Assembly (NCBI GenBank): GCA_003971905.1
Contig: RSEE01000010.1
Span: forward strand, 1 to 64,000
Direction: 5' to 3'
DNA length: 64,000 nucleotides
Source: Moniliella sp. 'wahieum'
Lineage: Eukaryota
Part shown: positions 1 through 13,525 of the stretch, one piece after another
How the letters are laid out: each line of letters opens with the position of its first letter
Position numbering within the stretch: the stretch's first letter is position 1
Program-made: the position numbers and the translations under genes
The notes under the pieces: model-generated
Told to the model about the DNA's origin: nothing
What the model saw: the letters and a program-made list of their open reading frames with translations, nothing else
Databases searched by the model: none

Positions 1-180
1 TGTACTCTCTGTGGTGCGAGTTGCTGACGACCGACGTAGACCGAACACAGTACCACCGATAATTGGGACGAACGTGCTTGCTTAAAGAAACTGGCTGTAT
101 CAATGTCTCTTATCCACAGCATGCCACGCGACGCGGTGAACGTGCAGAGCTGCTCCGCTTGATGCCGCCTTCGCAGGCAA

Positions 181-477
181 GTGCGCGCACTGCTCTCCCT
201 GATGTTTTGTACGGAAGGCCCGGGTTGGGCTTTGGGCAGCAAGGGAAGTGCGAACCATGTCGACGCGCTCCACGCCGCCTGCGCTTCAGCAACGGCGCGT
301 CAGGCCTGCGTGGAAGCGCCCTTCCCTGGCCAACACGGCGGGTGCCTTGAAACACGTCAGCAGTGCTCCCCTGGCAGTGCATGTCTACAGGGTTGCTACG
401 ACGGCCACGACACAATCCGAGCAGCCCCGCAAGCAACCGCAACGGCCGCCTCTACGCGATTCCCGCCGCGGGGCTAA
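181..477 (+). pseudogene. Cys-rich degenerate fragment, possibly a Zn-cluster-like repeat
   Basis: Across one frameshift it reads GKCEPCRR/LHAAC...PGQHGGCLETRQQC, a pattern similar to the minus-strand fragments at 1.9-2.8 kb. No intact ORF. Confidence 0.2.
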
Positions 478-1890
478 CGTTCAACGTGCGTTTGCCGCCG
501 TGTTGGCGCGCAGAAGTTCCTCCACATTGGCCGCGGCCACACCTCCCAAGCCCCCCTCCCCCATTCTGGCCTCGCTACATTTGGGACCACTTTGCTTCTC
601 CCCACCAACACGCGGGATTCTGCTACACTCCATGTCCTTGCTGTATAGCCGGATGCGTGCTCACAGGGGGGCACGCCCCTCGGCTCCTTTTGCTGCCCAT
701 CATTGTCGGTGCAGTACCCGAATTGGCATCGAGAGCGCGGCTGCGTTACCGAGGTCGACACGATGCGCAGTGGTGGGATGCAAATCAGGCGCCCCACCCA
801 GGGTAGCGCAACTTCGATGGCGGTGATGCCTGTACGTGTCCACACCCTTCTGCTGGAACCTCTCCCACCAACTCAAGTTGCTGACTTTTCCCATTAGCTG
901 GATGCAACTTGAGACGCATTGTGCGTGCACTCAAGCAGCTCTTAACTCGTCGCGTCCACGTCAGCGACGTGGGTGAGCGCCCTCACGGGTTCCCTGCGTT
1001 TCTTCTTTCGTACGTTCCTCCTCCGAAACAGCCGGTCGGCAAGGAATGCATGAGGACCATACCCTACCCGACTGTTGTTCCCTCATCTACGCCCTAGAGC
1101 GAGGGAACGAGGCGATGTGCGTAGTGATGTCGATCCGGCCCCGGGGAGGATGTGATCAGGTGCAGGGCAGGACGGGCACCTGGCGGTGGCAAAGACTCGC
1201 TCCGATCGAGCGTCTTGGCCGCTGCGCCGCGCTCGTCGCTCGCAATGCGTTCGTCTGGATGATGGAGACGCTTTCCGTCGCCCGATGATAGTTGCACGAT
1301 TGAAATGATGCGGTGATGAGGTGACCGGTGACGGGTGAGCGCTCCTGGCGCGCTCCTGAGCCCAACAAGCGGCTGACCCCCCTGACGCGGTCAAGTTGAA
1401 CGTATTCCTTCTCCACCTTTCCACACCACCTTCTCATCCACCTTGCCCGCCGCCTGGAAGCTGTGATGAATCCGTGGACAGTCGTGATGCGCGTGCCCGA
1501 GGGCGATGGGACTTGCATAACACCAGCAGCTCAGGCGCGCACGCGCTACGCCAGGCAGTCGGTGTCGGCTGTGCTCAGCGCAATCTAGCGGCCGAAGCGG
1601 ACAACCGTTCAGGTCCATTCGAGTGGTGGAGTGTGCTACATCTTTGCAGCCGCGCAGCACGATGATGCGCGTCGATTGCACCCGCGGGTTGCTTGGGAAT
1701 TGCTTATCTAGATCATCTCGACGATCGTGATGCGTTTAACCCGCTTGCTCCTTCCGAAGGCGGACTTGCAGGGAGGCTCCTCGGTCGACGTTTGCGCCTC
1801 CCGAAGGACCGATCCTGAGGTGGCCTGGCCACCAGTTATCGATGATTTGGTGCGTGCCCACCGCCCGGTAAAAGCAGGCACCCTAGGCGG

Positions 1891-3465
1891 TCAGCTCGTA
1901 CGCTGCGTCCCCGGACTCGGTGGTGGGGGGGTTGAGCTACAGGCGATCTGTGCCCTCGTTGCACGAGTTGCCGCTACAGCACCGCCTGCCTTGTTGTGGC
2001 GGGCTCTGCAGCCAAACCCTCGGCATCTGCCCCGTTCAATGAGGACGGAGGATCTGGCGGGCCGGCTCCACCAGATTGACAAACAGCTCTGGCGTGAGGT
2101 GAAGGCATCCGGGGGGGGGGGCGGAACCAAGAGTGATGCGGACGGTCAGAAGTGGGACAAAGCCCTTTTGTCCTTGCCAGCCGTACGGGGGGCTTAGGCT
2201 TTCGGGTACCAACATTGATGGTATTCCGGTTGCTTCTATTCGCAGCACTGGTAAAACGGGGTTGAATATGGTGCCTTCCGTACACTGGGGCCGCTGGCAC
2301 CCTGATGCGACTGAGCTCATATCGCACCTGTCCCCCGGGTGGTGCTGCGGCCAAGATGGGTTGACGCTTCCATCAAGGCACCCTGTGAGGTAGTGGGGCT
2401 CTCGTCAGTCCGCTTGTGGTGCCTGTTCGGATACGACACAGATCGCACCGCCCCCTTCCTTTCAGCCATACGGCCACGCGAATGCGAGACGTTATAATGC
2501 AGTTTCCCTCTTTTCTCCCCACGTTGGCACTGCTACTACACCCCACTCGTTGTGCTTCATGTACAAACCACCCAACCCTTGCTCTCCAGTGATGCACTGA
2601 CCAGCGCGCTAACAGATACCAATACGCTAGGCTCAGGAGAATAGCAGATGGAATAAGCAAGCAAGTGATCGCCTCCCTATACTCAGGCATTTCCTCCGCC
2701 GCAGATCAAACCCTCCTTCAGGCAATGACAAGCTTGAATGGTGGCGGGAGGTTGGCCAGGACCCGCTGTCTACGATGACCGGGGGCGTGGGTGATGATAA
2801 CACCGGCAGGCCTTACAAGATATGGAGGAGATTATAAAGATGTGGATCGAATCTTGGCCCTCTTCTGCCACGACCTGGTGTCGATGAAGAAGGTCGCGCG
2901 CTGCAGATCGCCTCGCTCAAGCCCAGGAATGTGGTCAGGCATGGGGGTGTGCGACCTGCTGGATGAGCTGTGTCTGACTGTTCTCATGATATGCTTGGTC
3001 GCGGTGCCCGCCTCTCTTTGGGCTTACCGACCAGGATGGTCCGCCGCGCCAATTTGGTTGGTGTGTACGTGTCATATCCTTCTACGGTGGCCCACTTGCT
3101 GTCATTTTCGCATTGGTGGTGAGTCGGCGGCTCGACCCGTCAACGGCACCATCAGGACTCTATTGAAGAGTATGTCGGTGCCGGAAATGGCGAGGCTGAT
3201 CCAAGGTCCCTTCCATCACGCTCTGGTTATCGAGGCCCTGGTCGGTGGTGGGCTGGTCCGGACTCGCATCACAGGCCTGGTGGATCCGGCTGGTATGCCC
3301 CTGTGGCGCGCACAGAGCGTTCTGGTGTACATTTGTTGAATGGACGTGTACCACTCCAAGCACTGTGATGTGGAGAAGATCAAGTTCAGGTTGCACAACA
3401 TGATGGTTGCCTGTGAGTATGGCCCTTCTGGTGATATGCTCGCAGAGGGCTTTAGTACCATGCAT
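1891..3465 (-). pseudogene. Degenerate coding region with repeated CxxCR motifs
   Basis: Minus-strand frames give SCKACRCYHH..*..PGQPP...CHCLKEGLIC (~2700-2820), RGRCDLCRIR (~2430-2460) and RGRCRGFGCRARH (~1995-2035), interrupted by stops and frameshifts. Confidence 0.25.
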
Positions 3466-3767
3466 ATCCCTGCTGTGACAACGGCGGCTATGTATGGTGT
3501 CTAGTCTCCGTTTTTGCCTTCGAACCTGAATCCGGTGGTGTTCGTCGTCGCCAAGAACGACAAGGAGGAGGGTCGGGAGCGGCTACCCGATCGACATCAG
3601 TCATCAAATTGTCGGATCATCGATAGTTGTGAGAAGCGTGTCTAGTTGTTACTAGTATTCTTTCGTGTTCTTTACCAACCATCAATAAAGAATCTCATCT
3701 ACACTAATACTTTTGCGAAGCGTCCATTTGGATCCATGTGGATTTATCCGGATCCTTCTCAGCTTGG

Positions 3768-5072
3768 AGCTTGAAGCTTGAAGCTTGAAGCATCAGGCCT
3801 CAGGCCTCAGGCTGATCTGCATGAGTTCGGATAGACCTCTTGCTACGAGGTCGCTACTTAGCGACTAGTTACTATCATCGATCAGTTGCGCTCCCCTCTC
3901 AGCGTGACCCTGCTCAGCCAACACTATGACGATTTTAACGACAGTGGCCCTGGGATCGCCCATATACTACTACCACCAAGGCGATGCGCTCACTTGGTCC
4001 CACTCTGATCCCGCTTCTACATCGATGCTACTCAGGGGCACAGGCCAGGGCACGCAGGCTGCAGTGCCATCAGTGCCATGAGCATCGATTAACGTTTAAC
4101 GTTTAACCGCAATCGATAATCGATAATCGTTAATCGATCATCATTAATCACTGGTGGATCGCTTGACGGTTGTCATGTTGACAACTCAGACTGAGTACTG
4201 ACAACTGACAACCGACCACTGACAACCAGCAACTGGCAAACTGACAAGACATTGTCATTGGAGATCTGGCCTCCAACATGTGGCACCTTGACATGTGACA
4301 ACATGGGGCATGCCGCCTGCATTATGTACGTGCTCTGCCAAGTACACAGCAGTCGCACAGCCCCAGCGCGCTTCCTGTCTCCACGTAGCATCGCTGATGA
4401 TGATCATCGACCATCGATCATTATGATTATGCATTATGCAATACGGTTACCATTGTCTCGGGCCACTGGGTACTGGCCACCGGCCACCGGGGCTTCACCC
4501 ACGTCACGCGTCACGCGTCACTTCACGAGTGAGATTTGATATCACCCGATCACACCCCCCCCTCCCGTATCACTTGCAGCTTGAGCCTGAGGGCCTGAGT
4601 ACACTGAGTGCACCTGAGCCTGATGATCGATGATCGATGATCCTGACTCAATCCACGTGTACATACATCTGCAGATCGTTTGGACGTACCCACATCTGCC
4701 ACCGTGCACCGCCCCATCGGCCCCATCCCATCGACTCCCGCTAGTTTGGATTTGAGAATGCGTTTTCCGTTTGCGTGTTTCTGGGGTTGTATCCAGCGGA
4801 CCGCGCAGGCAAGGGCGGTGCACGGCGCGCATGTCTACCCCGACTACGGGGTTTGCCAGGGTGCGCCAGGGTGTTTTCCCTGTCCCCCGGAGCCAAGGTA
4901 CCTTAAAACGGGTACTAACATACTGAACGTCGAACGTCGAACGTACTGTGCTGAGTACGTTGTAGTACGGAGTACTAGCAAACTAAGCTGGGCAGGGCTG
5001 AGGCTCAGCCGCTCAGCGCTCAGCCCCTCAGCGCTCAGCCCGCTCAGTCTGAGTACTGCGCGCACTGAGCAC
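3768..5072. repeat. Cluster of in-phase 7-bp palindrome (xyTNAy'x') arrays
   Basis: CTTGAAG x3 CATCAGG CCTCAGG x2 (3770-3811); eight phased heptamers at 4087-4142; (TCACGCG)n 4504-4521; (TGATCGA)n 4624-4642; GCTCAGC-type array ~5000-5050. Confidence 0.9.
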
Positions 5073-7166
5073 ACTACTGTTTACTCGGTCTGAGTTTCGA
5101 TTTCTGTTATGTATGGAGATTGAGATTGAGAACTGATATCGAAGAGCGAAATACGGGGCAGAGTGTGTGGCATTGCACCAGGCATGTGCACAAGCTATGG
5201 CGCGTGACATGGACATGCACTCATATTCGCAAGGCAGCGTCACGCGTCAGAGGGCAGCCTAAATCCAATTAGTATGTTGCTTACCTCCGAGGTCGGCCGA
5301 GCGTTTGTACTTAAGTACGTGGCGTTGTGTCGGAGATTGGGAACGGTTCTTGACGTACCCACTCCTACCAAAGGGAGGATCGAGAGATGGTCGCTGGGAT
5401 CGGTCGATTATAGATGTCGGTTGGATTATAGATGTGGGCCATGATGTGCAGGATGCATGTGAACGATTGGAGCATACACATGCTTTACATACATTCAACA
5501 TGCACAAAATAAATCGTCCGCATATATATACTCGCTAAGTGCTAACCACGCCTCCTCTGATCTGTATGTATATCCCGCTCACTTGAGACTTCCTTTCCCC
5601 CACACACCCGGAGCTGAAAGAGTGATCGCTTCTAAGACAGGATCAGTCAAGTTCCAACCCAGCCCCCCCCCACCCGCCTCGTTTTGTGGCGGCAGAAATC
5701 TAATGTGCTTGAAAGCGGTTGTAGATACGGCGTGTACTCTACACCTACTCCCTTTTTCAGGACCGCAATGGCAGCGGTTTACATTTCCTCGTCTGCATCC
5801 ACACATTGACCCAAGCGCACACAGCCTCATCATGAAGATTTCACGCAGCCGCAGTACTACACGTACTGTACCTGCTGCACCACATGCATCAAAATTGTAT
5901 CTACTCTGTACCATTTGTGTGGCGCCACTTTTTTTCCCTACTGATGATGTGGCTTTCCCTCATTGATGGCAAAGCTATTGGCCAATCAACAGGTACATTG
6001 AACGAACCCAGTTGTTGAACGATGCTGAAGCGCATTTAAATCGCTGAAACGCTAATTAGGCTAGGTCATTCGTGGGCCTCGATTCGTATGAACATTCTGT
6101 AGCCTGGTAAACTCATCATCATGTGCAATAGCCATAATTTGGCATCAACGTTCAACTGCCTGCTTTTGGGCTCTACAATCGTCGCACACGCAGAAACTGT
6201 AGTGTTTTTTGCATTATCTGAGAAGCAGATAATTCTCCATGCAGTCTGCAAGGGTGTGACATCAGCACTCAATGGTTTTCACGCGGCCAGGGGCAAATAT
6301 TGAAAGCACTGAGGACTATCTCGGCGAGAAGAGTAACAAAAAAGGCACCAGAAAAGGACCGAGAAGATTAGGTCGACTTCCCTCCAATTGGTTACATGTG
6401 CATCCGCGATACTGTGAGTATCCATGTTTGGACCAATTAATAGCCAAAATGGCAAACGAGATTGTGCCCGAGACTCTCTCACCCAGGATCGATGGTGGTC
6501 GAAATTGATCACCCCCGGCTCCGCTCCCCTGTCATAGTCGGGGAACAAGGCATGGGAGATCAAGTCAGGAAAATAAGGGATGGAGAGTTGTAGCAATCGC
6601 TCATGTGGAAGCAAGTCTCGGAATCAGAGACTCACTTGATTACGCTTTGCCACCAAGTTGTCTGGCCCCTTGATTGTTCTAGACCCTGTTTTCCCCCTTT
6701 GGGTTGTGCTCCTTCTTTTCTTCCGTGTGACTTGGCTCGCATGTTCTCTTCTTCTCCGAGGCATATATATCCTCGCTCCCTTTCCACTCAATGAATATGA
6801 TCTCATCCTTCCCCCTCCCCATCTCCATCTCCTATTAAGAAGCAAGGGAGAAGACAGATAAGGAGCGCAGCCGCCAAGCTCGAGATGGAATGGATTGGGA
6901 CTGATTGTATGATAAGCGAAATCGGCCAAACCAAAAGAGAGATACTCACCCCACCCTGCGATGTATTTATCTGGGATGCTGATGCCCGTCTTCACTGTGT
7001 ATGCGTGTACGTCTTCTTATTAACACTGGTTATACCCAAACCCATGCTGAATAGAGATCTTCATTCAATCTGAGGCCCATATAGGAAGTGTGCCCCATCT
7101 TGAACAGATAGTGCCTCAAGAGGAACTCTGTATATTCCCCCTCTTTATCGTTATCTTTATAACCCA

Positions 7167-7182
7167 ACACACACACACACAC
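7167..7182. repeat. (AC)8 microsatellite
   Basis: Read directly from the sequence. Confidence 0.9.
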
Positions 7183-7539
7183 GTCACCCCAACACCTGAG
7201 GATAGTCGAGCAATCAATACTTTAGACACGCAAAATCAGCAGCGAGGTTGGGGGTGATACATGCTGGTATGACGGCTGTGCGCATATCAACGGTCCGATT
7301 CAAAAAGCAGATATACTATCAGAGGGACAAACAGAACAAACTGAACCACCCGGAACAATTTGCCTTGGGCAGGTTAGTAATGTGGTGGGTGTGGGGGCCG
7401 GAAGGATGGGGGCGGGTGAAAGCTGGACCATGAGCGATGTATGGCCGATGGCAGACATACCAGGACATACACATTGGAGGATGGGTTTTTACTGGTGGAA
7501 TCTGCATTCAAATTGTCAAACGTCAATGCCACATTCACA

Positions 7540-8260
7540 CGCAGACGCATGTGACATGTGACACGTGCAATGACACCTTCCACCTGGTCTCTGCCAACGC
7601 ATGTGGCTGTGCGACTGCTGCTGACATCTGACATGCGACAGTCCCCAGCACGTGGGTGCGCGTGACTGTGTGACGCGTCACTGGGGCAAGTGACAGCAGG
7701 ACACTCGCCTGGTCGCACCCTGTGACACTCGCCTGGTCGCACCCTGTCTCCTCTACCCTCCTCTACTCTATCTTAGCACCCGCTCGAATAATCAACGAGT
7801 CGTTCTGATTCTGAATTCCCAAGCAGGCAGGGCGCTGGTGTGGCTAGGAGGATGTCACTGGCTAGTCAGCCGCACAGAGACAGGCACCAAGCCTCAAACT
7901 TCAGAGTCAGTACTGAGTCTGAGATCTGAGTATTAGTCGCTGGTCACTCTATCTAGTTGGCGACCCAGCCTCCCACGGTCCCAACAGTCACGGTGACCGG
8001 TGACCAGTGAATATGAATACAGCACCGCTCTGCCGAGACGCCGGCATCCTCATCTGTGGCATGTCACCCTGTCACATGTCCATTACCCTCTCGAATAGCC
8101 CCATCGCCTCGTGTCATAGGTCTCACGTCACGCGTCACGCGTCACGTGTCACTTGCTCTCTTCGGTCACATGCACTGTCACATGTCACCGTGTCAACGTC
8201 ATAAAGTCACCATTTCACCACTGTGTTTGTTATGTTGAACGTTGAACGTATACGTTTTGA
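7540..8260. repeat. Cluster of 7-bp palindrome arrays
   Basis: CATGTGACATGTGACAC 7548; TCAGTACTGAGTCTGAGATCTGAG 7907-7930; TGACCGGTGACCAGTGA 7994-8010; TCACGCGTCACGCGTCACGTGTCA 8128-8151; GTTGAAC x2 ~8234. Confidence 0.85.
7700..7747. repeat. 24-bp perfect tandem duplication
   Basis: GACACTCGCCTGGTCGCACCCTGT x2. Confidence 0.9.
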
Positions 8261-9244
8261 ACGACACCAACTAACCCGTCGCGGTCGCGAGGATGCGGCC
8301 CACACGTTTGTCGTCTTCCCCCACTTTCAATTCTCCTTTGCAGCCCGCACGTGGCCGGATACAGTTAAACCGGGTCAGAGCCTGACATTATCCACAACTT
8401 TCTCAATTGTTGCTCTTTGGATCTGAACGAGACGAGAGGGCAGACCGGCCGCAATGCCGGACCCACTCGGGCATAAGAGTGGGACAAGAATTGTGTCTCC
8501 CCGATCAGATAGAGAAGCAAAAGGGCAAACGTCCGCACAGGAAGGCAATCGCTGTACCCAGAAGGCGGGAGTGGGGTGAGCTCAAGCTCATCTGCTCTCC
8601 TTCCGCGATTTAGGTTATGTCACCGGTCACCCTCACACTCCACCATGCGTCAGCCGGCCAGTCAGGTACCGCAGGGTACGGCCTCGTACCACATGTTTAG
8701 CACGAAGGACTACGTACGTTAGGGGAAGCATATAAGTTCTAACACGGTGGAGTCCAAGTGAAACGCTGAACGTACGTACATTCAACTTGCCAAGCTGCCA
8801 ACAAATGTCAGCGGGCCCTGCAGATGGGCAGTGCAGACAGCGTGCGCCACGGAGGGACACTGCCACGCTCGCTCCGCGCCGTCCTATGTATTTGGAGGGT
8901 GCGGCCATACGTCGGGGTGCGGCAGCGGGGCGGCTATTTGAGGTGCCTTTCGGTGGTGCAGTATGCATTTGAGACAGAGTGTTGCAAAAAATGCAACCTA
9001 GATACGTCGGTATCAGTGTATCAACAAAAAAGTGGTGCATGCCGCGTCTTGTGTCCGGTTGCGTGCTGCTGTGCGTCGCACAGCTACAGGATGCGTGGAC
9101 CTGTTTGACCCATTCGATGATCGACGGCGCCCAAGCGGTCCACCAGCCAGCAGGGTCGACGTTTTCGCTACGGTACCTACGGCCGAGACTGCCGACCCCT
9201 CCTCATATAATGAGTACACTGAGGACTGGTGCAGTAGTTGAGAG

Positions 9245-9480
9245 ACATTGAGCGCTCGGGCTGAGCGGCTCACAGCTCAGGCTTAGTGCCAACAGATTGA
9301 CATTGACAGACGGACCATGGCCACGGCCGCGGATAAGATGCATGATGTAGGGTGCGTGACGCGTGACCTGAGATAGTCGATAGTCGATAGACTTTAGACA
9401 ACGGACCGGAGAGACAGGCCAGAGAGCTGAAAAGGTGCTGACTGCTCCACAATCTGAGACCCTTAGGCCTCAGGCCTCAA
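9245..9480. repeat. Cluster of 7-bp palindrome arrays left of the LTR insertion
   Basis: GCGTGACGCGTGAC, GATAGTC x2, TTAGGCCTCAGGCCTCA (9463-9479). Confidence 0.8.
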
Positions 9481-9502
9481 ACAACGGTGCCAATTCCCCA
9501 GC

Positions 9503-9716
9503 TGTAAGACCAGAGGAACCAAGGGATTGGGAAGAACCTCTGGAAATGTAGAGCAATGCAATCGCGATGGTGGTGGTTCAGGTCTAAGCCTTGTGCCACA
9601 CCTAGAGACAGGGGTTCAGACAAGCCTGAGTATACACGTGGAGGCTTCGGAGGACAAATCAGGGGTGAAGGGTGATGAGGCGCCTTGGCCTAAGTACGGG
9701 ACCACGGGTCCCAACA
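9503..9716 (-). repeat. 3' LTR (214 bp)
   Basis: TGTAAGACC...GGTCCCAACA; matches the other LTR except for 3 missing bases. Confidence 0.97.
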
Positions 9717-9723
9717 CCCCCCC
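9717..9723 (-). other. Polypurine tract of the copia element
   Basis: G7 on the minus strand immediately before the 3' LTR. Confidence 0.8.
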
Positions 9724-9781
9724 GGGCCAAGGGAACGAAAGAAGCCCGTTGGCCATCAACAAAAGAAAAGTAGAAAGGGGA

Positions 9782-12700
9782 TCAGCGCGAAGAAAGAGCC
9801 AAATCGAAATTGTTACGCGCAGAAATGATCTTGGGAAGAGAAAGAGGTTTGGTGAACCAGTCAGGGAGATGGTGTGCACCTGGAGTGTAGTGGACTTTAA
9901 TTTCGCCTCGGTGGATGCGTTCCCGCACCTCGTGGTACGAGACGTCAATCTCCCGTATTTTGCCTAGGCTGCCGAGCTTTTCGGCCAACGCTTTGGCGGT
10001 GTTGTCAACAAAGAGCTCAATCGGGTGATTAGCCTTGCAGACACCAAGTTCAAACAGTATGTTGCGAATGAATAGAGCATCTCGAAGGCCATCTCCCATG
10101 GCTAGGTATTCAGATGCTGCTGTGTTGCTCACACCTTGATTTTGGGACTTGGAGCCCCAGGATACAGGCACACCGAAAACAAAAACAACATGGCCCGAAA
10201 CGGAGTGAGAGTTGCTCTTGTCTGATGCAAAGGAGGCATCGGTGTGCAGCTCGAGTAGAGGGCGAGATCGGTTGGGTGTGAGGCACAAAGAGTAGTCAGA
10301 CGTACCGGCGAAGAAACGTAATAGGTCCTCCGCTGCGCGTCGGTGGGCGGCGGACGGGTCGTCCATAAACCGCGCTAAAAAGGTAGCCGCAAAGAGGGCA
10401 TCAGGCCGGGACATACGAGCCGCCCACAAGCTGGATCCGACAATAGAACGGTAGGCACGGTGCTCGTCTCGAGTGGCACGCTTTTCGTGTTCGGGTCGCT
10501 TGGGAGGCGGAAGTTGGTGGCCGATTGGAAGGTAGCGGGGCCGGTGAGGTGATATGTCATGCGCGGCAAGCGTCTCAGCGATGAATTTGGGTTGGCTGAT
10601 GTACAGTCGTCCATCGATACGGTCGTATTGGCAGCCGAGATGGAAACGTAGGGGGCCGTTGGACTTAATTTGGATGCTGCGCCTTAATTCCACTAAGAAT
10701 TCATCATACGCTTCTTGGGACCGACACGCGACCAAAAAGTCGTCAGTGTGGACGGCGATTAGGATCAGGCCAAGAGGTTCGGTGCGACGTATGAACAGGC
10801 AAGGCTCTGATTTTAGGCTAGTGAAGTGGAGTCGGTCGCAAAGGAAAGTGCGGAGCCAATCTCCAAAGTTGGCCCCGCTCTGGTGCAGGCCATAGAGACT
10901 TTTCTTGAGTCTCCAGCAATGACCGGGCGCTTCTGGGAAGAAGGGGGGTGGTCGAACATAGACGAGCTCGTTGATATCGGCATAGAGGTAGGCAGCTTCC
11001 ACATCGGCAGAAAATAAGTGGAGGCCATCAGCTTCGGCCAACGCAATTAGCGTGTTGACGGCAGCAGTACGAACGGCAGGAGCAAAAGATTTCGCCCATG
11101 TGCCAGGAACTTGCCGGTGCCCTCCCACAACGTAGCGGGCACGGTACTTGAGGAAGTTAGCATCCGCATCCGTCTTAGTACCTATGACCCACATGCCGGG
11201 AAGGGGTTTGATCCCTGGGGGGATGGGTACAACTTCCTTCACGTCACGCTCGTCAAAACGCCGAAGCTCGAGGCGCATTGCCTCGAGTACGCCATCAAAG
11301 GCAGGGTGACCCACCAACTTCTTGATGTTCTTGGGGGCCACCGGGACCCCATCGGTGGTCAGTATGACCTCGGTGTCACTTGCCGCGGATTCGATTGCGA
11401 GTGCGATGGGGGGCGAGCTTGGCTCCGAAGCAGGTAGCATGGATGTGTCCGGCGCTGGTCCGAAAATACTCACCAAAGCCTGCATTCCTAGGGCGGAGAG
11501 GGCGGCCGGGTTGCCAAAGATGCTAGGGGCCTTGTTGACGAGCAGGGAAAAGGTGCCATCGCGCAAATTGTCGTTGGCTGGAATGGACAGGTCGAGGGGT
11601 GGAGCGTTGATACGCGCTTGGCGAACGGGATTGCGACGCACGAGTGCGGGGACGGCTGTATCGGTCAGGGGCACGGTCACGGGGGCGAGCGTGTCGGTGG
11701 GGGAGAGAGGGGAGGGGGATAGGGCGGGAGAGGAAGGGGAAGTGGAAGAGGGAGGGGAAAGCAGGACTTGGTGGCCAGTGTCAACGGCATCTTCTGTGAT
11801 AGTTTCATTTTCTTCGGCTTGCTTTGCCTGGCGTTGTGCCATGCCTGCGGGGTCAGATGCAACAGGTTGGGGGATACATGTGGGGGGTTGGAGTTGGTGG
11901 GAGTGGGGCCAGGCTCTGAATTCTCATTTTCGTTGGCTTGAGCCGGGCGATGTGCCTCTGTTTTTCGTTCTTTTAATTTTCTTTTTCCATGGGGGGCATT
12001 GTCTTTCTTACCATTAGTATCGCGGGTCAGTTCATCTATCGCAAAACGCACACGCCGGGGTGGGGAGCTGTCTGACTTCCCACCAGCACCCATTTCTCCG
12101 CCCCCCGCACCTCTCCGCCACCAGCAGGGACAAGGGGGTCCAGATGAAAGTGCGTGGGATATTCGGTGGTGTACGGGACATGTCCAGGTGGACGGCTTTT
12201 TCCAACGGAATCCAACTTGGCCGTCGTCCTGGTGGATGGCAAAGAGCCACCCCTTCGAACCGCGGGCCGTGCCCGTAACCCACCAACATTGCTGGGACGG
12301 CCCGCGGACCAAGTTTGCCGCCCTCGCGTTGGTTGGGCAATAGGTGCAGGTAGGCAAGAGTGCCAAAACCGCGCATGCGAAGGGAGGGTTTGAAGCCATG
12401 GTACCGGACAAATCGGCTGTCCCCACCCAGTGCTTTCGGCGGCGACTGGTTGTGTGCATATGTGGCCGCCAACAAGCTGTGTTCCCACCACTCGTCGGGA
12501 GTCAATCTGTTGGCGATTACCATGAGTCGAGCGCGATCCGTAATCGATCTTATGGCGCGTTCGGCGACCCCATTGGACGCACTTTCGCCAGGATTGGTGC
12601 GCTCGCTCTCTCCCAGCTCGCAGTAAAACTCGTCCATTGCGGTGGTGAGTTCAGGCGCATTGTCAGAGCGGACCGTCTGAAGGGGGCGGTCGGGATGTTG

Positions 12701-13525
12701 GCGATGCTCGCGCCGGATGAAGGCTTGAAGTTCGGCTGTGGCATCACCCTTGGACACCAGGGGTAGCGTCCAGGTATACCGCGTAAAGTCGTCGACAATG
12801 ATAAGGGCGTAAGTATGACCCCGCCGCCTTGGCGGGATATGTCAAGGACGTCGAGGTGGAGGAGAGAGAAAGGGCGAATGGTTCGGATTGGGCGTCCAGT
12901 CGTGGCGTGGGGTGGGGCAGTGGCTCTGCTTAATGCGCATGGTGCACAGTGCCACGAGGACCGGACTAAAGCGATGTCGCCACTGTTGACCCGTTCGAAT
13001 GCTGGGTCATCCGACGTGAGGGATGAAAGTTGATCTAGAGGTGCATGATTCCATCGGATGTGGGCGTTTTTCACCTTGCCAGGGTTGCATCAAGGTTGAG
13101 TAGCGAAGTGGCGCTGTTGGCTGTGGCTGTCGTATTGGGCGCCAGAGTAAGGGAATAGCTTGAGTCGGCGGCGAGACGAAAAGGTTCGCCGTGTCGTCCG
13201 AGATAGAGACCATGGCCCCTGGAGGGATCCAGCTGCCAATGCCTGCGACAGATAGATGGTAAGCGCTGAGCAGGTTGGTCGGGAAGGTGGGGCAGTACAA
13301 GCTGCCGGGTAGGTGGATGCGGATAGGGGCTCCGTTCTGGGTTTGAATGTACATAGAGATGGTGCCAATGCCTTCAGTGTATGCGATCTGTCCGTTTGCC
13401 ACTGCTATGGGCTCGCGGTGTGGACGAAGATTGATAAACGCACTTCGTTCATTGAATACGGATGGTCTCGCACCTGAATCGTGTTGCGCAGGGAGGTTGG
13501 CTGGCTTAGGGCCTCCCGCGCTGTC
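9782..13525 (-). CDS. pol: Copia pol polyprotein (protease, integrase, RT, RNase H), frameshifted in this assembly
   Basis: PR QHDSGA (~13470); integrase HIRWNH...CAPC, LHLDVLD, RSDNAPEL, SNGVAERAIRSI; RT YRARYVVGGHRQ, ADVEAAYL, LKKSLYGLHQS, HTDDFL; RNase H HTDASFA, SEYLAM, FVDN, PDWFTKPL. Confidence 0.95.

Noticed and set aside
5680..6060. Minus-strand RSTTGFV (copia RNase H-like) and TPYLQPL (pogo DDE-like) peptides
   Set aside because: The matches are isolated and short, with wrong spacing to the other catalytic motifs and several stops, so they are insufficient.
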